64,000 bases of DNA from the human T2T-CHM13v2.0 reference genome, Homo sapiens. The stretch lies in the NCBI RefSeq assembly GCF_009914755.1, contig NC_060936.1. One strand, 5' to 3'. This document shows positions 63,601 through 64,000 of the stretch, in pieces. The position numbers and the translations under genes are program-made. Below the pieces are notes generated by a model. That model saw only the letters and a program-made list of their open reading frames with translations, ran no database searches and was not told where the DNA came from. Position 1 is the first letter of the stretch, and each line of letters starts with the position of its first letter.

Positions 63601-64000
63601 ACCAGCCTGTGGGCTCTGACCCAGGTGTGTATTTGTGTGGAATTGTGTGATATGATCAAATGAGTAAAGTCAGCCTGCTGGCAGAGGTGTTTCTGAGGCC
63701 TGCTACCCAGGGGTGGTGTTTCATGTTCACTGCGCCTTCCTGATGTCCGGGTGCTGAGACACGCCCATGCCTGTGTTTGCTGTATGAATGAGGGTATGGA
63801 GGAGTGAGTCTGTTCCACAAGGGGAGAGGAACTTAGGGAAAGAGATGTGTTCTCCTTGGAGGCCAGAATGCCACATGCGTACTGGTTTAGTCGGTGGATC
63901 CCAGTCATGCTGGCACAACTGGTCTGTACTGCCGCAGGTAGGTGGGAGCTCAACTTTCTGTCCTCCCTAAGGACTGGCTGGCAGGGTGCGAGGGAGTGAG

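Overview
This is primate, almost certainly human, genomic DNA, not prokaryotic. The window lies inside ADGRD1 (GPR133), an adhesion GPCR transcribed from the + strand; its distal 12q location is recalled, not visible here. Only two confident coding exons are present. Exon 48632-48705 encodes TRKQHSEATNSSNRVFVYCAFLDF(S). Exon 56375-56498 encodes the GPS motif with the H-L|T autoproteolysis site and the Stachel tethered agonist [10 protein letters not shown]. The rest is intron, with at least 8 GC-rich tandem arrays, 7 Alu elements, MaLR LTRs (MLT1, MST, THE1), DNA transposons (MER1B, Tigger4/MER46-like) and fossil L1, L2 and MIR pieces. Nearly all long ORFs in the track are repeat artefacts. 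I found no convincing novel multi-gene system. The best leads are: (i) a candidate internal promoter plus 69-nt exon at ~42.65-42.80 kb, next to a G-rich VNTR, that could give N-terminally truncated or GAIN-insert receptor isoforms; (ii) a CpG-island-like patch at ~16.2-16.7 kb that looks like an AT-rich L1 fossil rewritten by AT-to-GC substitutions, next to a CCTCCCT (PRDM9-core-like) minisatellite; (iii) inverted Alus flanking the Stachel exon. Repeat subfamily names and boundaries were assigned by eye and are approximate.
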